Source of the DNA: Aciduliprofundum boonei T469
GTDB taxonomy: Archaea > Thermoplasmatota > Thermoplasmata > Thermoplasmatales > Aciduliprofundaceae
Direction of reading: 5' to 3'
DNA: 32,000 nt
Assembly: GCF_000025665.1 (NCBI RefSeq)
Contig: NC_013926.1
Location: 1,350,001 to 1,382,000, forward strand
Part shown: piece by piece, positions 1 to 6,580 of the stretch
How the letters are laid out: each line of letters opens with the position of its first letter
How positions within the stretch are numbered: the stretch's first letter is position 1
Program-made: the position numbers and the translations under genes
Notes under the pieces: model-generated
Database searches by the model: none
Told to the model about the DNA's origin: nothing
Seen by the model: only the letters and a program-made list of their open reading frames with translations

Positions 1-139
1 AGAGAATCCTGCCAATCCCCACTTTGCCCAGAGAAATATAATCACTAAGGGAGCCATAGTAGAGACGGATTTGGGGAAGGTTAAAGTTACTTCCAGACCT
101 GGACAGCATGGAGTGCTCAATGGAGTGCTCTTAGAATGA
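1..139 (+). CDS. rps8e: 30S ribosomal protein S8e, C-terminal fragment (5' end lies upstream of the window)
   Basis: Translation from nt 2 gives [45 protein letters not shown]. This matches the conserved archaeal S8e C-terminus (..[34 protein letters not shown]). The stop TGA at 137-139 overlaps the next gene's ATG (ATGA). Confidence 0.8.
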   Translation, partial: ENPANPHFAQRNIITKGAIVETDLGKVKVTSRPGQHGVLNGVLLE

Positions 140-399
140 GCGTAATCATTTACCCTGCCTATTTTAATATTCATTATTCTCGCAAGCAGGGGCGTAGAGT
201 TCCCAAAAATCTTGCTTTTGATCCAAAACTTGAAACTATTGCAAAAGCTGCCAGAGAATTAGGGTATGAAGTTGAAATAGAGCCTGATAAAAGATACCCA
301 AGATTCTGGTGGAGTGAAAGGGGAAGAATAATTATCGATACAGATGAGCCAAAGAACGAGGTTATTAAGAAGATAGCAAGAAAAATAAGAAATGTTTAA
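136..399 (+). CDS. srp19: signal recognition particle protein SRP19
   Basis: 87 aa. The N-terminal pattern [17 protein letters not shown] and the DKRYPR motif are typical of archaeal SRP19. Translationally coupled to rps8e. Confidence 0.85.
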   Translation: MSVIIYPAYFNIHYSRKQGRRVPKNLAFDPKLETIAKAARELGYEVEIEPDKRYPRFWWSERGRIIIDTDEPKNEVIKKIARKIRNV

Positions 400-705
400 T
401 TACCTATCTTGAGGAGTTTCCACATCCTCAACTATCTTTTTACCCGCAACCGCCACATCTATTGAATGGATAACTGCTCCAAGGGACTCTAATGTCTCCT
501 GTACTTCATCAAAATCTATGTTTGGACCTTCTATTACAACCTTCAAACTCTCTGTTTCCTGATCCACTTCGTTTAAAATGCAGTTCACACCATTTACCCC
601 ATCAACCTTGCTTAACTTAAGTGCCACTTCCACAATGCTTGGCCTGTGCGGTTTCATCACATCAAGCACCAATCTCCGAATTCCATAAGATGTATTTTGG
701 TTCAT
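400..705 (-). CDS. DUF211-family small archaeal protein (function unknown)
   Basis: 101 aa. [33 protein letters not shown]...[18 protein letters not shown]...GAVIHSID matches my recollection of the DUF211/COG1888 pattern. Confidence 0.65.
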   Translation of the reverse strand: MNQNTSYGIRRLVLDVMKPHRPSIVEVALKLSKVDGVNGVNCILNEVDQETESLKVVIEGPNIDFDEVQETLESLGAVIHSIDVAVAGKKIVEDVETPQDR

Positions 706-743
706 CTAATACCTCATAGTGAATGGAGATATATATTTTTTCC

Positions 744-1295
744 TTAGAGCTTCATATTCTCAGCGAAAATTTTTGCACTTCCCTCTTCTATATGACATAT
801 TCTTATCCTTTTTATACTTGTGTTTTTGAAATCTTTTATGAATTTTGATATCGCCCTCCCAAATATCTCTGCAGCCCTATCTTTGGGAAATCCATAGATA
901 CCCGTGCTTATTGCAGGCATAGATACACTTTTCACTCCTAACTCATTCGCTTTTTTAAGTGTATTATAAACAGCATTAAAAAGAAGAGAATCCTCGTTAT
1001 TATTTCCCCCTCTCCAAATAGGTCCAACGGCATGAATTACATACTTTGCATTTAATTTTCCGGCGGATGTAACGGCAACTTCACCTGTGGCAACAGGACC
1101 ATACTTTTTCACATACTCATCACTTTCTCTCTGTATCTCGTATCCTCCTTCCTTTACTATGGCCCATGCCACTCCCCCACCATGCTTCAAACTTGAGTTT
1201 GCAGCATTCACTATTGCTTCGCTATCATCCTTAGTTATATCACAGATTGAAATCTCTATTTTTATACCGCCTATTTCCCACTTTTTAAGAAGCAT
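744..1295 (-). CDS. macro domain protein (ADP-ribose / O-acetyl-ADP-ribose binding or hydrolysing, MacroD/AF1521-like)
   Basis: 183 aa with the hallmark motifs DITK...AIVNAANSSLKHGGGVA, VIHAVGP and MPAISTGIYGFP. Confidence 0.85.
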   Translation of the reverse strand: MLLKKWEIGGIKIEISICDITKDDSEAIVNAANSSLKHGGGVAWAIVKEGGYEIQRESDEYVKKYGPVATGEVAVTSAGKLNAKYVIHAVGPIWRGGNNNEDSLLFNAVYNTLKKANELGVKSVSMPAISTGIYGFPKDRAAEIFGRAISKFIKDFKNTSIKRIRICHIEEGSAKIFAENMKL

Positions 1296-1309
1296 AGCTT
1301 GAGAATATC

Positions 1310-3034
1310 TTAATCTCCATTAAATTTTCTCTTGAATGCGAGTATTGCTAAGAGAAGTATAATAAATAGAAAATATGGGATGTCAAATTCTGGTACATAA
1401 TTTGCATAGTTTCCCGCAATCCAAGCACTTTTGTTTTCCCAGTATATCTCGTACCAGGTGATGTCCTCATCGCTGTTATATTTCTGTCCCTTCTTGGCAA
1501 AGAGCATTCCATCATAAACTGAGCCAAGTATGGTGTTAGATGTTCCAGCCCCAGAGCGAACATGCAGGGAGGAGGAGACATTTACTACAAATATATCAGA
1601 ATATGCCATTTCAGTGTACCATGCAGCACACCAACCCACCCTGTCATCGTAGAAGAACTGCCACCATTTGCGCCCTGATGAATCAATGCTATAATTGTAT
1701 GCAACGAACTCTTGATTCTCTGGCACAGTTCCTATTATGCCATAACTCGTGCTTGGACCTGTTCGAATATTGAGAGCAGTGGCAGTAACTCGAAATACCT
1801 GCATAAATTTCTTGGTTCCATTCGGTATATGGTAAAAATTTACAAGGTCATACTTAGATGGGAAAAACGAGGATATGGATACATTCCATTCATCGGGAGA
1901 ATGAGTGGCTATGTAAAGATTGTCTTCATTCCTATATGTTACTATACCTGCATATATGTAATGCTCACCATTTGAGTCTCCAAATATGACCACATCCCCT
2001 TTTTCTATCCATTCAGGAACTGTAAAATTTGAAGCAAGATAGTACGAAAATTTTGCATTCTGATACTCTCTGAGATTCTCATTCAGATACTTTGGATTTA
2101 TCATTGAGCCATTGTAATTTAAAGCCCCATCGCCTTTACCATCATATCCTCTCCAGAGAGATATTCCTCCTGCTATCAATACCTGAGAAACGAAATTTGT
2201 GCTCTCCTCGCTGGAGTTTGAAAATTTCTGGTAATGGGAATTGTCGGAAGAGTACCACTTATAAGCATAACCTAAAGCACCCGCTCTATCATAATAGGGG
2301 AGAGTACACGAGCCACCTATAACAAAATTATCTATGAGGGATTTTAAATTTCCATTGTAATAATCCATATCCACATTGCCACTCACCCCCGATACATTTC
2401 CCTCGTCTGTGTACTGCCAGAATGCCCAGGAGTCCCAAATTCCCGTGGAAGGGGACGAAACTCTATAATTGGCTATCCAGAGATTCCATTGAGATACGGA
2501 GGAATCAAGGTAGTTTTCAGCATAATTTGGATTCGTGTAAATTATTGGCTTTATACCCGTTAAATTGAATACTTCAATCATAAATTCATTTACCCAACTT
2601 GATAAGCTCTCTTTTCCTAAGGATGATCCTTCTTCTAAATCCAAAACGGGTCTCAAATATCCACTCTTCAGATATGTTTTTATGGTATCTACAAAATGCT
2701 CTGCGGCCTCTTTTGCATTATAATTTTCAGGTTCTGCAAAGTGATAGGCACCAACATACAATCCTGATGCGTGTGCCTTCTCCATATTTTCTTCAAAATC
2801 CGGGTCCACATAAGATGTCCCCTCTGTGGCCTTTACAAATGCAAAGATTATCCCGGAATTTTTAACTTTAGTCCAGTTCACATTTCCCTGCCAGTGGGAA
2901 ACATCTATACCCTTAATGCTGGAGGATGTTTTGAAATATAAACTCTCTTTTTGATTGCTACCATAACCTATGGCAAAAAATATAGCATTAAGAATCAGTA
3001 TGAATACCACAAACCAAACTATTGGCCTTTTCAT
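1310..3034 (-). CDS. secreted, membrane-anchored GH25 muramidase (Chalaropsis-type lysozyme) with an amidase-like middle domain and two SH3b domains
   Basis: 574 aa. N-terminal hydrophobic signal or anchor (residues 5-24). GH25 motifs GIDVSHWQG, FAFVKATEG, GAYHFA, catalytic LDLEEG (D-x-E), FWQYT and GVSGNVDMDYYNG. Middle domain resembles the putative amidase family (..STNFVSQVLIAGG.., ..ATHSPDEW). Two SH3b-like repeats (ALNIRTGPSTSYGIIGTV.., SLHVRSGAGTSNTILGSV..). C-terminal PEF + TM helix + KRK. Confidence 0.9.
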   Translation of the reverse strand: MKRPIVWFVVFILILNAIFFAIGYGSNQKESLYFKTSSSIKGIDVSHWQGNVNWTKVKNSGIIFAFVKATEGTSYVDPDFEENMEKAHASGLYVGAYHFAEPENYNAKEAAEHFVDTIKTYLKSGYLRPVLDLEEGSSLGKESLSSWVNEFMIEVFNLTGIKPIIYTNPNYAENYLDSSVSQWNLWIANYRVSSPSTGIWDSWAFWQYTDEGNVSGVSGNVDMDYYNGNLKSLIDNFVIGGSCTLPYYDRAGALGYAYKWYSSDNSHYQKFSNSSEESTNFVSQVLIAGGISLWRGYDGKGDGALNYNGSMINPKYLNENLREYQNAKFSYYLASNFTVPEWIEKGDVVIFGDSNGEHYIYAGIVTYRNEDNLYIATHSPDEWNVSISSFFPSKYDLVNFYHIPNGTKKFMQVFRVTATALNIRTGPSTSYGIIGTVPENQEFVAYNYSIDSSGRKWWQFFYDDRVGWCAAWYTEMAYSDIFVVNVSSSLHVRSGAGTSNTILGSVYDGMLFAKKGQKYNSDEDITWYEIYWENKSAWIAGNYANYVPEFDIPYFLFIILLLAILAFKRKFNGD

Positions 3035-3058
3035 TTAAAGGTAGTATAAGCTCCAGCG

Positions 3059-3072
3059 ATAAAAATTTTATG
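3059..3072 (-). promoter_or_regulatory. TATA-like element for the lysozyme gene (near-leaderless transcript predicted)
   Basis: On the minus strand, ATAAAATTTTTATC lies about 25-30 nt upstream of the ATG at 3034. Assignment is by position only. Confidence 0.3.
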
Positions 3073-3085
3073 TCATTGCAAAGAA

Positions 3086-3095
3086 TTAAATATTT
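3086..3095 (+). promoter_or_regulatory. TATA-box-like element driving the C/D sRNA and probably the downstream gene
   Basis: TTAAATATTT lies about 20-25 nt upstream of the sRNA 5' terminal stem (3110) and C box (3114). This is the expected TATA-to-TSS distance in archaea. Confidence 0.35.
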
Positions 3096-3109
3096 TCAAA
3101 GAATTCCTA

Positions 3110-3166
3110 ATCTGTGATGAAAAGAGGGTCAGCTGATAAGATGATGAGCCCTATGAGTGCTGAGGT
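3110..3166 (+). ncRNA. box C/D sRNA (2'-O-methylation guide RNA)
   Basis: C box GTGATGA at 3114-3120, 12-nt spacer, D' box CTGA at 3133-3136, TAAG linker, C' box ATGATGA at 3141-3147, 12-nt spacer, D box CTGA at 3160-3163. Flanking AUC (3110-3112) and GGU (3164-3166) can form a terminal stem that leaves a 3-nt kink-turn bulge. Confidence 0.75.
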
Positions 3167-3173
3167 GATTTAA

Positions 3174-3758
3174 ATGAAAAGTATTGAAGAGCTTGTTAAA
3201 AGAGCGAGAGAGCTGAAGGAGAAGGGTCTGGATACAAAGGAGATAGCAACAGAGTTGCATTTATCCACGAATACCGTGGAATGGTTACTCACAAAGGGGA
3301 TTGGAGGAGAGGCACCCAAGGATGTGAAAATAGGGTGGAGAAGCATAGGGATATATCCCTACAGAATATCTAAAATTGCAGAAATAATGAGTGATATAAT
3401 CCTTGAAGAGATGGAGAAGAGACAATTTGATGTTGATTCTATTGTTGGAATTCTAATAAATGGTATTCCATTTGCAACTTTCATCGCGGAGGAATTGAAT
3501 GTTGAATTGATAATATACAGGCCGCATCCCAAGATGGAAGAGGGAGCATTCTCGAGTAATTATGCCCATATAGAAGGAAAGAAAGTAGTAATTGTAGATG
3601 ATGTCATGAGCACCGGTGAAACTTTGAGAAAGGCGATAGATGATATAAAAAATGCAGGTGGTGAGCCAGTGCTTAGTGTTGTGCTCGTGAACAAAACTCC
3701 CTGGGATGAGGTAAACGGAGTACCATTAAGGGCTCTAATTCGTGCAAGAACTTTATGA
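3174..3758 (+). CDS. HTH + phosphoribosyltransferase-domain protein (orotate PRTase-like; GfcR/PyrE2-type transcriptional regulator)
   Basis: 194 aa. N-terminal HTH-like segment (GLDTKEIATELHLSTNTVEWLL) followed by a type I PRTase domain with the PRPP loop VVIVDDVMSTGETL. SD GGTGAT at 3164-3169. Confidence 0.75.
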   Translation: MKSIEELVKRARELKEKGLDTKEIATELHLSTNTVEWLLTKGIGGEAPKDVKIGWRSIGIYPYRISKIAEIMSDIILEEMEKRQFDVDSIVGILINGIPFATFIAEELNVELIIYRPHPKMEEGAFSSNYAHIEGKKVVIVDDVMSTGETLRKAIDDIKNAGGEPVLSVVLVNKTPWDEVNGVPLRALIRARTL

Positions 3759-3965
3759 TCTCTTTCTTTTTTTGGCAGTCCATATCTCCCTGTAGAACTC
3801 TTCCTCTTTCTTCCTCTCCTCTTCGCTTTTCTCTTTTGGTTCCTCTTTCATCCTGGATTTCTTAGGCAATCCTAATCTATTAAAATATGGATTTAGCAAA
3901 TATTCTACAATTATTGTCCCCAATATTATTACGATTGCCCATATTATTGCAGTTCCTGTGTCCAT
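3753..3965 (-). CDS. small single-pass membrane protein with a K/E-rich tail (hypothetical)
   Basis: 70 aa. One hydrophobic helix (AIIWAIVIILGTIIVEYLL) followed by a charged tail. The ATG immediately follows the MBF1 stop (TAAATG). No homology recognised. Confidence 0.45.
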   Translation of the reverse strand: MDTGTAIIWAIVIILGTIIVEYLLNPYFNRLGLPKKSRMKEEPKEKSEEERKKEEEFYREIWTAKKRKRS

Positions 3966-4502
3966 TTACAACGCATCCTTAATTAAATCTCCCAATGTTA
4001 ATCCACCACTCTTCTTTGTATCCTTGCGATAAACGGTGGATACTTTTTCTTTAAGCTTGATATCCAACGCCTTTTCTAATTTCTTTATTAGCTTTTCATC
4101 AGGGTGCATTTCTCCCCTTTCAATCTTTGAGATAACCGTTTTCTTTTCAAGTATTTTTTTGGCAAGTTGCTCTTGAGTTAGCCCCATCTTCTCCCTCGCT
4201 TTCCTTATAACTTCTGGGTAATCTTCAATTAGTACTTCCTCCTCATCCAGATAATCCTTTCTTCTTCTCCTCTGCTTCCTCTCCAACCTCTCCCTTACAA
4301 CTTCAGGGGGCAGATATTTCACATCCTTTGGTATTTCATTTCCTTTAATCTCTTTGCCGAATTTGGCGCAATCATCACAAACATTCATAATCACGCCTTC
4401 TATCACAACTTTATGTAATCGTGGTACATTTTTGCCACATAATTCACAAATCATAATCTCACCAAATCTCCCATGCCTTTCCGATATATATTTTTGTTCC
4501 AT
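3966..4502 (-). CDS. mbf1: archaeal multiprotein-bridging factor 1 (aMBF1): zinc ribbon + HTH (XRE-type)
   Basis: 178 aa. N-terminal CxxC..CxxC (CELCGK...CDDCAKFG), basic linker, and a C-terminal cro/C1-type HTH (LTQEQLAKKILEKKTVISKIERGEMHPD). Confidence 0.85.
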   Translation of the reverse strand: MEQKYISERHGRFGEIMICELCGKNVPRLHKVVIEGVIMNVCDDCAKFGKEIKGNEIPKDVKYLPPEVVRERLERKQRRRRKDYLDEEEVLIEDYPEVIRKAREKMGLTQEQLAKKILEKKTVISKIERGEMHPDEKLIKKLEKALDIKLKEKVSTVYRKDTKKSGGLTLGDLIKDAL

Positions 4503-4573
4503 TCGTTGGTTCTAAATCCGAACCTATTATGAAAATTTAATATTCATCCTTACAATATCCTGTCGGTGATAAA

Positions 4574-5656
4574 ATGATTGAAAATACTCCTAAGTTGTTC
4601 ATACCGGGACCGACTGAAGTGGATGATAGGGTACGCATAGCGATGGCACAAAGAGTTATAGGACATCGTACAAAGGAGATGACTGAGCTTTATGGTGGAA
4701 TTGTGGAGAAGATGCAGAAACTCTTCAATACTGATCACTATGTGTTTGTTTTCACATCCAGCGGCTCTGCCGTTATGGAAGGTACCATAAGAAATCTAGC
4801 AGAGAAGGATGTTTTACACGGTGCTTGTGGTGCTTTCAGCAAGCGCTGGTATGAGATGAGCTTGGCGAATGAAAAAAATGCTGATTTGGTCTGGGCAGAT
4901 TGGGGCAAGGCAGTAAAACCAGAGATGATAGCAGATGCTATGGAGAAGAAAAAATACGAGCTTCTGGCACAAATACACAATGAGACAAGCACAGGTGTTA
5001 AAAATCCCACAGATGAGATTGCAAAAATTGCACATGAGAATGATACTTTAATAGCCATTGATACCGTTTCTTCCCTTGGTGGAGATATGATTGATGTGAA
5101 TAAGTATGATGTGGTTATCGCCTCCTCGCAGAAAGCTTTGGCCCTTCCTCCAGGTCTTGCCGTGGCTATTGTGAGCGAAGAGGCCATGGAGAAGAGTAAA
5201 AAAACAAGGAATAAGGGCTATTATTTTGATTTTGTTCGCATGCTCAAAAGATTTGAAAAGAGTCAGCAGCACCCAACCACCCCATCTGTGCCGCTCTTAT
5301 ACGCCATGGATGTGCAGCTTGATATTATGCTTGAAGAGGGTATGCAGGCAAGATATGAAAGGCATCTAAAAATGCGTGAGATAGTTCATAACTGGGTTAA
5401 AAAGAGAGGATTTGAACTATTCGCAGAGAAGGGATATGAAAGTGTGACCGTAACTACGATAACCAACACCTATGGCATATCCATAAAAGAGCTTAATGAG
5501 GAGCTAGTGAGAAGGGGATTGCGCATATCAAATGGCTATGGCGAATTGAAAGAGAAAACATTCAGAATAGCACACATGGGTCAATTAACCCCCACCGATA
5601 TAATGGGCCTCTTAGATACCATCGACGAGATTCTAGAGGCAAAGGGGGTGTACTGA
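4574..5656 (+). CDS. class V PLP aminotransferase (serine-pyruvate / archaeal-type phosphoserine aminotransferase)
   Basis: 360 aa. Class V fold pattern (IPGPT...V..AM, HNETSTGV, DTVSSLGG, SSQKALALPPGLA with the PLP lysine). SD GGTGAT at 4564-4569. The stop abuts the serA start. Confidence 0.8.
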   Translation: MIENTPKLFIPGPTEVDDRVRIAMAQRVIGHRTKEMTELYGGIVEKMQKLFNTDHYVFVFTSSGSAVMEGTIRNLAEKDVLHGACGAFSKRWYEMSLANEKNADLVWADWGKAVKPEMIADAMEKKKYELLAQIHNETSTGVKNPTDEIAKIAHENDTLIAIDTVSSLGGDMIDVNKYDVVIASSQKALALPPGLAVAIVSEEAMEKSKKTRNKGYYFDFVRMLKRFEKSQQHPTTPSVPLLYAMDVQLDIMLEEGMQARYERHLKMREIVHNWVKKRGFELFAEKGYESVTVTTITNTYGISIKELNEELVRRGLRISNGYGELKEKTFRIAHMGQLTPTDIMGLLDTIDEILEAKGVY

Positions 5657-6571
5657 ATGAAGGTTGGAATTTGTGACCCAATAGCCAAAGAGGGTGTTGA
5701 ACTATTGAAAAAAGAGGGTTTTGAAGTTGTGGATCTAACCGGATTGCCGAAGGATGAGTTGTCGAATCATGTGAGGGATTTGGATGCAATCATAGTGCGA
5801 AGTGCCACTAAGGTTCGTAAAGAGATGATTGATGCAGCCGAGAAATTAAAGGCCATAGGCCGTGCAGGTGTTGGGTTGGATAATATAGATGTAGAGTACG
5901 CTAAGAGCAAAGGAATTAAAGTTATCAACACTCCAGGAGCTACGAGTATAAGTGTTGCGGAGTTAACAATTGGGTTGATTTTAGCGGTGATGCGAAAAAT
6001 TGCTTATGCTGATAGAGAGATGCGTAATGGTGCTTGGCCTAAGAAGAAGTGTAAAGGCATTGAGATGTATGGAAAAACGCTGGGAATAATAGGAATAGGT
6101 AGAATAGGTCGGGAAGTAGCAAAAAGAGCTACGGCCTTTGGAATGAAGGTAATATATTACGATGTTTATCGTCCAGATGAAAGCACAGAAAAAGAGTTAG
6201 CCATAGAATTTCGTGAGTTAGATGCTTTGGTCTCCGAAGCGGATGTGATAACTTTGCATTTGCCCCTCACTCCTGAAACGAAGCATTTGATAAATAAGGA
6301 GAGAATAGAGATGATGAAGGATGGTGCTATAATAATCAACGCGGCTAGAGGAGGCATTGTGGATGAAAATGCATTATACGAAGCTCTAAAATCTGGAAAG
6401 TTATACGGTGCTGCCTTAGATGTGTACGAAAATGAGCCACTTAAAGAGAGCAAATTATTTGAGCTCGACAATATCGTACTCACTCCCCATATTGGAGCGC
6501 AAGCAAAGGAAGGACAAACTCGTGCTGGCATAGAAGTTGCTAAAAAGATTGCAGAAGCTTTGAAGTCATAA
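5657..6571 (+). CDS. serA: D-3-phosphoglycerate dehydrogenase, short form without an ACT domain (D-2-hydroxyacid dehydrogenase family)
   Basis: 304 aa. NAD-binding GIIGIGRIGREVA, catalytic-region motifs NAARGGIVDE and TPHIGA. Substrate assignment is inferred from gene context. Confidence 0.75.
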   Translation: MKVGICDPIAKEGVELLKKEGFEVVDLTGLPKDELSNHVRDLDAIIVRSATKVRKEMIDAAEKLKAIGRAGVGLDNIDVEYAKSKGIKVINTPGATSISVAELTIGLILAVMRKIAYADREMRNGAWPKKKCKGIEMYGKTLGIIGIGRIGREVAKRATAFGMKVIYYDVYRPDESTEKELAIEFRELDALVSEADVITLHLPLTPETKHLINKERIEMMKDGAIIINAARGGIVDENALYEALKSGKLYGAALDVYENEPLKESKLFELDNIVLTPHIGAQAKEGQTRAGIEVAKKIAEALKS

Positions 6572-6580
6572 GGTGATATT

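Noticed and set aside
1310-3034. Using base composition as evidence that the lysozyme gene was acquired recently.
   Set aside because: By eye its A/T richness and codon style look like those of the neighbouring genes, and I cannot compute statistics here. The HGT argument therefore rests on domain biology, not composition.
4508-4524. The inverted repeat GGTTC-N7-GAACC just upstream of the mbf1 start codon.
   Set aside because: The stem is only 5 bp and lies within a bidirectional promoter region. It is too short to separate from chance without conservation data.
4738-5187. Long antisense ORFs inside well-supported genes: 4738..5187, 6166..6531, 18520..18912, 19132..19449, 19805..20155, 23897..24445, 24470..24847 and 28026..28496, ranging from 105 to 182 aa.
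   Set aside because: All lie fully inside, and opposite to, CDSs with clear family motifs. Their translations are Ser/Leu/Phe/Cys-rich and low in complexity with no recognisable domains. That is typical of stop-poor antisense frames, and I see no independent start or RBS signals.
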